From: Flavobacteriales bacterium
GTDB taxonomy: Bacteria; Bacteroidota; Bacteroidia; Flavobacteriales_E; Vicingaceae
NCBI GenBank assembly: GCA_015075325.1
Contig: JABTUP010000011.1
Location: 27,072-91,071 of the forward strand
DNA: 64,000 bases
Reading direction: 5' to 3'
The notes beneath the pieces are model-generated. The model was not told the DNA's origin. It worked only from the letters and a program-made list of their open reading frames with translations, and made no database searches. Of this stretch, positions 37,848 through 46,996 are shown piece by piece. Every line of letters starts with the position of its first letter. Within the stretch, counting starts at the first letter, position 1. The translations under genes were made by a program, and so were the position numbers.

Positions 37848-38972
37848 ATGAGTTACCAAGAAAAAGATATACTAGAAGCATTAAGCTACGTTATTGAGCC
37901 CGATTTAAAAAAAGACATCGTTGATTTAAAATTGGTTTCAAACATCCGCACCGAAAACAACACTGTGTTTTTTGATTTACAAATAAACAACCCAGCCATG
38001 CACAACAAAAAACGTATTGTTGAAGCATGTGAATTGCATTTGCAACGCGTTTTAGGTACTGAAATAAAAGCTGAAATTAATTTTTCGGCCATACCAAAAT
38101 CGCCCGAAATGCCTAAAAATACTAAGGTGTTGCCACAAGTAAAAAACATTATTGCCATTGCTTCGGGCAAAGGAGGTGTGGGTAAATCTACAGTTACAGC
38201 AAACTTGGCTGTTGCATTGGCTCAAAAAGGCTATAAAGTTGGTTTAGTTGATGCCGATATTTATGGACCTTCTGTTCCGTTAATGTTTAACGTAGAAGGC
38301 GAACGCCCTTTGCCAATTGAAGTAAACGGCAGGAGCTTGATTCAACCAATAGAAAGTTATGGTGTAAAATTGTTGTCGATTGGCTTTTTTGCTGGCACCG
38401 ACCAAGCCGTAGTATGGCGAGGACCAATGGCAACCAAAGCCCTTTCGCAATTGTTTACCGAAGCCAACTGGGGCGAATTGGATTACATGTTAATTGATTT
38501 ACCTCCAGGAACGGGCGATATTCACTTATCGTTGGTACAAACTGTTGCAGTAACAGGAGCTATAATTGTAAGCACACCACAAAAAGTAGCATTAATTGAC
38601 GCTCGAAAAGCGGTGGGTATGTTTAAATTGCCTCAAATAAATGTTCCTGTATTGGGCTTTATTGAAAACATGGCATATTTTACTCCAGAAGAATTGCCGA
38701 ACAACAAATATTATATTTTTGGTAAAGATGGTTTAAAAGAGTTGGCAGAAAAAGAAGGATTACCACTATTAGGTCAAATTCCTTTGGTGCAAAGCGTTAG
38801 AGAAGCAGGAGATGTTGGTCGCCCAGCAGTTTTACAAGAAAACAGTATCCAATCAAAAGCATTTTTAGCGTTTGCCGATAAAGTTATTGAACAAGTAGAA
38901 TTAAGAAACCAAACCCTTGAAGCAACTAAAAAAGTGGAAATAACCAACATGACTGGCTGCTCAACAAAATAA
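37848..38972 (+). CDS. mrp: Mrp/NBP35 (ApbC) Fe-S carrier ATPase
   Basis: N-terminal DUF59-like domain, SGKGGVGKST, DLPPGTGD, ENM; TAnnTTTG at 37823-37830. Confidence 0.95.
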   Translation: MSYQEKDILEALSYVIEPDLKKDIVDLKLVSNIRTENNTVFFDLQINNPAMHNKKRIVEACELHLQRVLGTEIKAEINFSAIPKSPEMPKNTKVLPQVKNIIAIASGKGGVGKSTVTANLAVALAQKGYKVGLVDADIYGPSVPLMFNVEGERPLPIEVNGRSLIQPIESYGVKLLSIGFFAGTDQAVVWRGPMATKALSQLFTEANWGELDYMLIDLPPGTGDIHLSLVQTVAVTGAIIVSTPQKVALIDARKAVGMFKLPQINVPVLGFIENMAYFTPEELPNNKYYIFGKDGLKELAEKEGLPLLGQIPLVQSVREAGDVGRPAVLQENSIQSKAFLAFADKVIEQVELRNQTLEATKKVEITNMTGCSTK

Positions 38973-39010
38973 AAAAGTTTAATTTTAACTGTTCAAAATT
39001 AGTGGTTTAA

Positions 39011-40483
39011 ATGAGAAGTTTAACTTTTATACTATTTACAGTCATTACCTTAAACTTGTTTTCGCAAGATTATCGACTCATTTCTCCAAATAAAGAAGTT
39101 CATTTTAATACCAATTCAATTCTTACTCTTAAAATTGATTCAAATTTTATTTCGGGAACAGACACAACGTATTTTAATCATAAAGCTTTAGTTGTAGATT
39201 ATAATATTTATCCATGTTCAGGAAGAATTTCAGACACTTCTTGGGTTGGTTATGGAATAACCGTTCAACAAAATGGCGATTACATTTTTCGAAATATTCA
39301 AAACGAACCAATTTTAATAAAATCAACCGCTTTATTAAATGATAGTTGGGTTTTATATACTTTTTTAAATGGTGATTACATTGAAGCAAAAATTACTTCA
39401 ATTCTTCAAGAAACAGTTTTGGGAAATATTGACTCTGTTAAAACGATAACACTACAAGCAAAGAACAGTCTAAACTCTATTATTACTCATGCTGTTAATG
39501 GTACTGAATTAAAATTATCTAAATACAACGGTATCATAAAATTGTATGCTTTTAAAAATTTTCCTAATACGTTAACTTCTTGTGTTATAGTTGGTTCGTC
39601 TAATCCAAACAATGGAGTTGTAAACCTAACTGCTGCTGATGTTTATAATTTTGATATTGGCGATATTTTTCATACTATTCAGGAGTATCAAGAACCTTAT
39701 TCTTGGTATTTTACATATCATAGACAAATTATTAATGTGATTGGTAAAACTATTTCTGTCAATCAAGATACTCTTTCATATCTATTTGATAGAAAATTAA
39801 TGACGATAAAAAATGTTTCCTACACGGTTTATAATCCTGATACAACATATATTTTTGATACCATTCCTGAAGTAGTAATACTTTCTCAAAATACCCACAT
39901 TAACAAATTTACACAAGAGCCAAATGCAGAATTAGCCCAAGTTGCTTGGGGATTTTCGGGCTATTTAAATGCTTATATAAACTCAGCTACTCAACGACGA
40001 GAAAAAGAAATATATCCTTATTTGTTAGCAAATTCAGATTCTTGTTGGGAAACGATGATTGATGGACCAACAAGGTATTATCAATACATTGATGGACTTG
40101 GTGGTGGTTATTATGATGATTTTGATTTTAATAATCGTTTCAAATTAGTGTATTATGAAAAAGGCACTGAAACTTGGGGAACACCATTATCAATTATAAA
40201 TACCCAAACAAGTATTGATGATTTTAGCATGAAAAATTTATCTGTTAATGTCTATCCAAATCCAATTACAAATTATGCAACAATTACAATAAAAGGATAT
40301 AACTCTACTGAGAAGTTATCTTTTAAACTTTATAACATCCTTGGAAAAGAAGTTTATTCAACATACATATATGAAAGTAATTTTATTTTAAATAGAAATT
40401 CTTTAACCTCTGGTGTTTATTTCTATACCATCACAAATGATAATAAAAACTCTAAATACTCTGGGAAGCTAATAATTGAATAA
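39011..40483 (+). CDS. T9SS type A sorting domain-containing protein, unknown function
   Basis: Signal peptide; VYPNP...GVYFYTI...KLIIE C-terminal domain. Confidence 0.85.
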   Translation: MRSLTFILFTVITLNLFSQDYRLISPNKEVHFNTNSILTLKIDSNFISGTDTTYFNHKALVVDYNIYPCSGRISDTSWVGYGITVQQNGDYIFRNIQNEPILIKSTALLNDSWVLYTFLNGDYIEAKITSILQETVLGNIDSVKTITLQAKNSLNSIITHAVNGTELKLSKYNGIIKLYAFKNFPNTLTSCVIVGSSNPNNGVVNLTAADVYNFDIGDIFHTIQEYQEPYSWYFTYHRQIINVIGKTISVNQDTLSYLFDRKLMTIKNVSYTVYNPDTTYIFDTIPEVVILSQNTHINKFTQEPNAELAQVAWGFSGYLNAYINSATQRREKEIYPYLLANSDSCWETMIDGPTRYYQYIDGLGGGYYDDFDFNNRFKLVYYEKGTETWGTPLSIINTQTSIDDFSMKNLSVNVYPNPITNYATITIKGYNSTEKLSFKLYNILGKEVYSTYIYESNFILNRNSLTSGVYFYTITNDNKNSKYSGKLIIE

Positions 40484-40507
40484 TTTAGCACTACTTTATT
40501 TTGAACC

Positions 40508-40768
40508 ATGAACAAACAAGAAATACTAGAAAAAGTTAACCAAGCACTCGAACAAATTCGTCCTTTTTTGAACGACGATGGTGGTGATATTGAGTTGGTT
40601 GAAGTTACTGACGATTTGTATGTAAAGGTAAAATTATTGGGTGCTTGCAAAAGTTGTTCAATGAGTTCGATGACCATAAAAGGTGGAGTTGAAGAATCAA
40701 TAAAAAGAGTAATTCCCGAGTTAAAAGGAGTGATTACCATTGAAGACGAAGCACATACATTCAGTTAG
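40508..40768 (+). CDS. NifU/NfuA-like Fe-S scaffold domain protein
   Basis: IRPFLNDDGGDIEL, GACKSC (CxxC). Confidence 0.93.
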   Translation: MNKQEILEKVNQALEQIRPFLNDDGGDIELVEVTDDLYVKVKLLGACKSCSMSSMTIKGGVEESIKRVIPELKGVITIEDEAHTFS

Positions 40769-40844
40769 AAGTTGGAAGTCCGAAGATGGAAGCTGAATAA
40801 ATCTCAATTCGTAAATCATAAATCCCAATTCGTAATTCATATAT
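40761..40844 (+). repeat. Composite 7-bp tandem array (GAAGnnn units, then CnnAAWT units)
   Basis: tcagtta gaagttg gaagtcc gaagatg gaagctg aataaat ctcaatt cgtaaat cataaat cccaatt cgtaatt catatat. Confidence 0.85.
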
Positions 40845-40845
40845 C

Positions 40846-42987
40846 ATGCAAAAAATCATCTTTCCAACCATGGTTATTTTAACCTTAATTTCTTGTAAAG
40901 AGCAAGAAAAAGCCAACGAAACCGTAAAATTGGTTTATCCCGAAACTAAAATGGGCAATGTTGTTGATGTGTATTTTGGCGATAGTGTTGCCGACCCTTA
41001 CCGATGGTTAGAAGACGACCGTAGCCCAGAAACCGAAGCTTGGGTAAAAGCTCAAAATGTGGTAACGTTCGATTACTTAAATAAAATACCTCAACGCGAA
41101 CAACTCAAAAACCGAATTGCTGAATTGTGGAACTACGAAAAAGTAGGTACTCCATTTTTTGAAAACGGTGTTAAATATTTTTACAAAAACGATGGTTTAC
41201 AAAACCAGTATGTGCTTTACAGCCAAAAAGGAGATGAAGCTCCAAAAGTATTTTTAGATCCCAACCAATTTTCTGCCGATGGCACCACGTCTTTAGGTCA
41301 AGTTAGTTTTTCGAAAAGTGGCAAACTGGTTGCTTATTCTATTTCTGAGGGTGGTAGCGACTGGAGAAAAGTAATTATCATGAGTGCCGAAACCAACCAA
41401 ATATTAGAAGACACCTTAATTGATGTTAAATTTAGTGGTTTATCGTGGAAAGGCGACGAAGGTTTTTACTATTCGAGCTACGAAAAACCAAAAGGCAGTG
41501 AACTTTCGGCAAAAACCGATCAACACAAATTGTATTATCACAAACTTGGAACAGCTCAAAAAACCGATCAACTTATTTTTGGCGGTACTGCCGAACAAAA
41601 ACGTCGTTATGTAGGTGGTTCGGTTACCGAAGATGGAAACTACTTAATTATTTCGGCATCGGAAGCAACATCGGGTAACGAATTGTATATCAAAAATTTA
41701 TCGAACGATAAAAACCCTATTGTAAAAATGGTTGATGGTTTTGAGTCGGACAGCTATGTGATTGAAAATGTAGGTTCAAAATTGTTTTTAGTAACCAACT
41801 TTAATGCTCCAAACAAAAAAATTGTAACGGTTGATGCCGTAAAACCTCAACAAGCCAATTGGATTGATTTTATTCCTGAAACCGAAAACGTGTTGAGCCC
41901 TTCAACTGGTGCTGGTTACTTTTTCGCTCACTACATGAAAGATGCTGTTTCGCAAGTAAAACAGTTTGATTATTCGGGCAAAATGATTCGCGAAATTAAC
42001 TTGCCAGGCTTAGGAACTGCTGATGGTTTTGGTGGAAAAAAAGAAGACACCACCATTTATTTTTCGTTTACCAACTACAACACACCAGTAAGCAATTATG
42101 CATTAAATCCTGTTACGGGAGAAACCAGTGTGTATTGGACTCCAAAAATTGATTTCAAATCCGATAATTTTGAGTCGAAACAAGTGTTTTACACTTCAAA
42201 AGACGGCACTAAAGTGCCTATGATTATAACCTACAAAAAAGGATTAAAATTAGACGGTAAAAACCCAACCATACTTTACGGATACGGTGGTTTCAACATC
42301 AGCATTACTCCTTCGTTTAGTATTGCTAATGCCGTTTGGATGGAAAATGGTGGCGTTTATGTTGTTGCCAACCTACGTGGTGGTGGCGAATATGGCAGAA
42401 AATGGCACGATGCAGGTACTCAACTAAAAAAACAAAACGTGTTCGACGATTTTATTGCTGCCGCTGAATTCTTGATTAAAGAAAACTATACTTCGAGTGA
42501 TTACTTGGCTATTATGGGGCGTTCAAACGGTGGTTTGTTGGTGGGTGCATGTATGACACAACGACCAGAATTGTACAAAGTAGCTTTCCCTGGTGTTGGG
42601 GTTTTAGACATGTTGCGTTACCACACCTTTACTTCTGGTGCAGGTTGGGCTTACGATTACGGAACTTCGGAGCAATCGGAAGAAATGTTTAAGTATTTGA
42701 AAAATTATTCGCCAGTACACAATGTAAAAAAAGGCACCAAATACCCAGCTACTTTGGTAACCACTGGCGACCACGACGACCGTGTGGTACCAGCACACTC
42801 GTTTAAATTTGCTGCCGAATTGCAAGCCAAGAACGATGGCACTAACCCAACATTAATTAGAATTGAAACCAATGCCGGACATGGTGCCGGAACTCCAGTT
42901 TCTAAATTAATTGATGCCAATGCTGATATTTTAAGCTTTGCATTTTATAATATGGGGGTTGAGTTGAAAGCTGCTGGAAAAAAATAA
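40846..42987 (+). CDS. Prolyl oligopeptidase (S9A), lipoprotein
   Basis: Lipobox [19 protein letters not shown] (Ser), DHDDRV (Asp), AGHG (His). Confidence 0.96.
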   Translation: MQKIIFPTMVILTLISCKEQEKANETVKLVYPETKMGNVVDVYFGDSVADPYRWLEDDRSPETEAWVKAQNVVTFDYLNKIPQREQLKNRIAELWNYEKVGTPFFENGVKYFYKNDGLQNQYVLYSQKGDEAPKVFLDPNQFSADGTTSLGQVSFSKSGKLVAYSISEGGSDWRKVIIMSAETNQILEDTLIDVKFSGLSWKGDEGFYYSSYEKPKGSELSAKTDQHKLYYHKLGTAQKTDQLIFGGTAEQKRRYVGGSVTEDGNYLIISASEATSGNELYIKNLSNDKNPIVKMVDGFESDSYVIENVGSKLFLVTNFNAPNKKIVTVDAVKPQQANWIDFIPETENVLSPSTGAGYFFAHYMKDAVSQVKQFDYSGKMIREINLPGLGTADGFGGKKEDTTIYFSFTNYNTPVSNYALNPVTGETSVYWTPKIDFKSDNFESKQVFYTSKDGTKVPMIITYKKGLKLDGKNPTILYGYGGFNISITPSFSIANAVWMENGGVYVVANLRGGGEYGRKWHDAGTQLKKQNVFDDFIAAAEFLIKENYTSSDYLAIMGRSNGGLLVGACMTQRPELYKVAFPGVGVLDMLRYHTFTSGAGWAYDYGTSEQSEEMFKYLKNYSPVHNVKKGTKYPATLVTTGDHDDRVVPAHSFKFAAELQAKNDGTNPTLIRIETNAGHGAGTPVSKLIDANADILSFAFYNMGVELKAAGKK

Positions 42988-42992
42988 ATTTA

Positions 42993-43451
42993 ATGAAGCT
43001 CTATTGCTTAAATATAATTTTATTTGTCACTTTAATTTGTCAAAAAGCTGACGCACAGAAACAGTTAGATAGTGTTCTTGTATCGAGGGTTGTTTTTCAA
43101 GGGGGCGATATTATATCCAGTCAAATTTTATTAAAAAAGGATTTTTTATTAATTTCTGAGTATTTTGGATTTAATACAATAGATAGTGTTACAAAATTTA
43201 TTAAATCGTCACAGGCTTATAGAACACCTATTTACTTTAAGTCTATTTTATACGTCATCATTGTAAATCAGGAGTATGAAACAATAATATCAAATACGCC
43301 ATTATTAGATATTGATAAGTATTTTGAATGGGCTGATATGGCTAGTTTTAGAAATAGTTTAGATAAAACTTTTGGTTTGGAATGGTGGTTTGAGGAAACC
43401 AAAGATTCTAATACTATAATAGTAGCACCAAAAAAAATGAATTACAGATAA
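42993..43451 (+). CDS. Hypothetical exported protein
   Basis: 152-aa ORF with a possible signal peptide; no family recognised. Confidence 0.5.
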   Translation: MKLYCLNIILFVTLICQKADAQKQLDSVLVSRVVFQGGDIISSQILLKKDFLLISEYFGFNTIDSVTKFIKSSQAYRTPIYFKSILYVIIVNQEYETIISNTPLLDIDKYFEWADMASFRNSLDKTFGLEWWFEETKDSNTIIVAPKKMNYR

Positions 43452-43473
43452 ATAATTTTTGACACCCCCCCGC

Positions 43474-43495
43474 TACCGCGAGCGTCCCGCTCGTG
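43474..43495. repeat. REP-like hairpin (cgagcg-tcc-cgctcg)
   Basis: GC-rich palindrome in an AT-rich intergenic region. Confidence 0.7.
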
Positions 43496-43514
43496 GGTTA
43501 ATAAAACTCAAATT

Positions 43515-43539
43515 AGATTCCTGTCTGCACAGGAATGAC
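43515..43539. repeat. ATTCCT-N8-AGGAAT palindrome (dRS3/RPE-like architecture)
   Basis: agattcctgtctgcacaggaatgac, with perfect 8-bp stem attcctgt/acaggaat. Confidence 0.75.
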
Positions 43540-43977
43540 GTAGAAAATTCAAAAAAAATAGAACAATAATTTTAGAGTTCAAATAAATCAAACTTGAAGT
43601 CGCAAAATACGGCATCAAGTTATGACTTCTCTTACAGCAAGCTGTAATAGAAAATCTTAATGGAACAGCAATTTTTAAAATACTTACAGAATGGTATCGC
43701 AAAATGCGATACCACTATCCGCTATAAGCATAGACAAGTAATTTCTATTTCAAGCGTCCGCTTGGAACGTTGTAGTTTAATATTTATTAGAAGAGTTTGA
43801 TAACTTGAGGAGTCAAATTGGCACCACAAACTGAAGAAGAACTCAATATTTATGATTTTATCATATTTTTGGAGTTGTCATAAATATGGTCTCACAAAAT
43901 GTGATACCTTCAAAACCAAAAAATAAATTAATAAAACTTCCATCATATTATCAATCAAACAAGCTCAGCAACTTGCT

Positions 43978-45084
43978 TTGCACTACCAAGGGTTGTTAAA
44001 CTCAAATTTTGGCAAAGGTAAAAACGGAGCATTAAAAGTTGTTGAACATTTGGGCTACATCCAAATCGATACACTTTCGGTGGTGGCGAGGGCTCACCAT
44101 CACACCTTATGGAACAGGTTGCCCGATTACCAAGAATTTTACCTCAACGAACTGTTGGAAAAAGATAAAACCATATTTGAATACTGGAGTCATGCTGCTT
44201 CGTACTTGCCCATGTGCGATTATCGATTTTCGTTGCCACGAAAACAACATTATATTGAAGGAAAATCGCATTGGTTCGACCAAGACAAAAAGCTAAACAG
44301 CTATGTGTTGGACAGAATAAAAGCAGAAGGACCCTTGCAATCGAAAGATTTTGAGCATGTACGAAACACACCAGGCAATTGGTACGAATGGAAACCAGCA
44401 AAAAAGGCCTTGGAGCAGTTGTTTATGGAAGGTAAATTAATGGTGGCTAAACGACAAGGTTTTCAAAAAGTGTACGATATCACCGAACGCGTTTTACCTA
44501 AAAGCGTTGATACCTCAACTCCTACAGAAAAAGAAAATGCTGCTCATTTAATAAAAAGAGCTGTTCGAGCCAATGGATTGGTAGAAGAGAAAGAAATTGC
44601 CTACCTCCAACCCAAATTAAAAACAGCAATTAAAAATGAGCTTCAAAACTTAGTTGAAAGTGGTTTTTTAATTGAAATAAAAGTAGAAAACAAGTCAGAA
44701 ACCTATTTCTCTACGCCAGAACAATTAACTGTTTTAAACACGCTTAAAACGAGTGGAGAAATTCATTTTCTTTCGCCGTTCGATAATGCAATTATTCAGC
44801 GAAAACGTGTTCAAAACCTGTTTAACTTCGATTATCAAATAGAATGTTACGTGCCAGAAGCTAAACGAAAGTTCGGGTATTTCTGTTTGCCCATTTTGTA
44901 CAACAACCAATTTGTTGGGCGTTTCGACCCCAAAGCCGACCGAAAAACCAAAACATTTTACATTAAACAATTGCATTTTGAAAAAGGGTTTAAGCCAACC
45001 CAAAATTTTGAAACGCTTTTTAATGAAAAGCTAAACACTTTTGCTAAATTTAACGGTTGCGAAAAAATAATTCACCTTACATGA
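43978..45084 (+). CDS. YcaQ/AlkZ-like winged-helix DNA glycosylase family protein
   Basis: IQIDTLSVVARAH (QxD motif), FEYWSH, FLSPFDN, FDYQIECYVP...RKFGYF. The true start is probably upstream (frame open to 43927). Confidence 0.9.
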   Translation: MHYQGLLNSNFGKGKNGALKVVEHLGYIQIDTLSVVARAHHHTLWNRLPDYQEFYLNELLEKDKTIFEYWSHAASYLPMCDYRFSLPRKQHYIEGKSHWFDQDKKLNSYVLDRIKAEGPLQSKDFEHVRNTPGNWYEWKPAKKALEQLFMEGKLMVAKRQGFQKVYDITERVLPKSVDTSTPTEKENAAHLIKRAVRANGLVEEKEIAYLQPKLKTAIKNELQNLVESGFLIEIKVENKSETYFSTPEQLTVLNTLKTSGEIHFLSPFDNAIIQRKRVQNLFNFDYQIECYVPEAKRKFGYFCLPILYNNQFVGRFDPKADRKTKTFYIKQLHFEKGFKPTQNFETLFNEKLNTFAKFNGCEKIIHLT

Positions 45085-45866
45085 AAGAGAAACTTTACCA
45101 AATTATATTTGAACACGACACCAAAAAAGGAAAGCAATTTGATGTTGCGTTGCTTTGGTTGATTTTGTTTAGTGTGGTAATAGTAATTATTGAAAGTATT
45201 CCATACTTTCACAATAATTTTTTTACTGGTTTTTATGTAATTGAATGGTTTTTAACCATTGTTTTCTCTGTCGAATACATTTTACGAATTTACTGCTCTC
45301 CAAAACCATTAAAGTACATTTTTAGCTTTTGGGGTTTAATCGATTTGTTGTCTATTTTCCCAACTTATTTTGAATTGTTTGCTACTGGCTACCATTATTT
45401 ATTATCGGTTCGTATATTTAGGTTGTTGCGTGTATTTAGGGTGCTACGTTTGGTTCAGTTTAACAAAGAAGCACAAATGCTTGTGAAAGCATTAAAAGAT
45501 AGCATGTACAAAATCGGAGTGTTTTTATTAGCTGTTGTTGCTATTGTGGTAATGTTGGGTACTTTAATGTATGTAATTGAAGAAGACGAAAGTGGTTTTA
45601 CCAGTATTCCACAAGGAATTTATTGGGCAATTGTAACCATAACTACTGTTGGTTTTGGTGATATTGTACCGCAAACCATTTTAGGTAAAATACTGGCATC
45701 CTTTGCCATGATTTTAGGTTACGCCATTATTGCAATCCCTACAGGTATTGTTACCGTTGAAATGGCAAGAAATAGAGAAAATACTAAAAAATGTACAAAT
45801 TGCGAAAAAGAAAACCCCGAAACTGCCAATTTTTGTAGCAATTGCGGGGTTGAATTATTAAAATAA
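45081..45866 (+). CDS. Ion transporter / voltage-gated K+ channel with C-terminal zinc ribbon
   Basis: S4 RIFRLLRVFRVLRL, selectivity filter TTVGFGD, CTNC...CSNC. ATG 45081 overlaps the upstream stop (ATGA). Confidence 0.92.
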   Translation: MKEKLYQIIFEHDTKKGKQFDVALLWLILFSVVIVIIESIPYFHNNFFTGFYVIEWFLTIVFSVEYILRIYCSPKPLKYIFSFWGLIDLLSIFPTYFELFATGYHYLLSVRIFRLLRVFRVLRLVQFNKEAQMLVKALKDSMYKIGVFLLAVVAIVVMLGTLMYVIEEDESGFTSIPQGIYWAIVTITTVGFGDIVPQTILGKILASFAMILGYAIIAIPTGIVTVEMARNRENTKKCTNCEKENPETANFCSNCGVELLK

Positions 45867-45872
45867 CACAGC

Positions 45873-46349
45873 TTATTTATTTAAAAAAGCAGAATACATC
45901 CACACCAATTTTTCTTGTGCCCTAATGTAATCGCTCATTAGTGCATTGGTTCCCTCATCATCTGCCTCATTAGCTAAAGCAAGTATTTCGCGTTGCATAG
46001 CAATAACCATTTTGAATGAAGCTAAAATGTCTTCTACTGCTTTTATACCATCCGATACCTCTGTTTTTTCCTGAATTTTTGAAGCTTTTCTGTAATCAGA
46101 ATAATTGTGGTTTGGCGCATAACCCAAGGTTAAAATTCGCTCGGCTACTTCGTCAATCTTAAGCACCAAGTCGTTGTACAATTCCTCAAACTTCAAGTGT
46201 AGCTCAAAAAACTTCTGTCCTTTTATGTTCCAATGGTATCCTCTAGTGTTTTGATAAAAAATAGAGTAATTTGCCAATAAATCGTTTAGTTTATCAGCTA
46301 ATTGTTTCGATTTTTTGGTGTTTAATCCAATTGCGTTTGTGTTTTTCAT
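45873..46349 (-). CDS. dps: DNA starvation/stationary phase protection protein
   Basis: RGYHWNIKG, FELHLKFEELY, DEVAER, EKLVWM. Confidence 0.95.
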   Translation of the reverse strand: MKNTNAIGLNTKKSKQLADKLNDLLANYSIFYQNTRGYHWNIKGQKFFELHLKFEELYNDLVLKIDEVAERILTLGYAPNHNYSDYRKASKIQEKTEVSDGIKAVEDILASFKMVIAMQREILALANEADDEGTNALMSDYIRAQEKLVWMYSAFLNK

Positions 46350-46367
46350 GAGTTTATATTTTTTAAG

Positions 46368-46949
46368 TTATTTAATTAGCAGTCGTGCAACGTATTTTCC
46401 TATAATATCAAATTCCAAATTAATGGTGTCGCCCACTTTTATTGTGTGAAAAGTAGTGTGTTCAAACGTATAAGGAATAATACAAACAGAAAATTGGTTG
46501 TCTTTAGAGTTAACCACCGTTAAACTTACTCCGTTAACCGTTATAGAGCCTTTTTCTACCGTAATGTGTTCTTTGGTTTCGTGTTCAAAAGTATAAGTCC
46601 AGCTACCATTTTCTTCCACTATGTTTTTACAAATTGCAGTTTGGTCAACATGTCCTTGAACTACATGTCCGTCGAATCTTCCGCTTGCCGACATGGCTCG
46701 TTCGAGGTTTACTTTATCTCCCACTTTTAGTTTTCCTAAATTGGTTTTTTCAAGTGTTTCTTTAATTGCTGTTACCGTATAGGTATTGTCGTTAATTGCA
46801 ACAATAGTAAGGCAAACGCCATTGTGAGCTAAGCTTTGGTCTATTTTAAGTTCATGTACAAAGCCACAAGTAAAGGTAAAATGTATGTTGTCTCCTTCGT
46901 GAATAATTTGTTTTAACTGCCCTAAATCTTCAATAATTCCAGTAAACAT
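46368..46949 (-). CDS. ribE: Riboflavin synthase
   Basis: MFTGIIE N-terminus, AHNGVCLT, VNLERA, GHVVQGHVD, KGSITVNGVSLT. Confidence 0.96.
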   Translation of the reverse strand: MFTGIIEDLGQLKQIIHEGDNIHFTFTCGFVHELKIDQSLAHNGVCLTIVAINDNTYTVTAIKETLEKTNLGKLKVGDKVNLERAMSASGRFDGHVVQGHVDQTAICKNIVEENGSWTYTFEHETKEHITVEKGSITVNGVSLTVVNSKDNQFSVCIIPYTFEHTTFHTIKVGDTINLEFDIIGKYVARLLIK

Positions 46950-46996
46950 TTCTCAGTAAAAAGTTAAAAGTTTATAAAGTGAAAAGGAAAATGTTC

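Noticed and set aside
43660-43800. 46-aa ORF MEQQFLKYLQ..., whose start is reminiscent of a XerC/D N-terminus
   Set aside because: Similarity is limited to a few residues and the rest does not fit; cannot be supported without a search.
46950-46996. FMN riboswitch upstream of riboflavin synthase; also a faint aaaagtt periodicity
   Set aside because: The 47-bp spacer is too short for a riboswitch and lacks its motifs; the periodicity is too weak in A-rich sequence.
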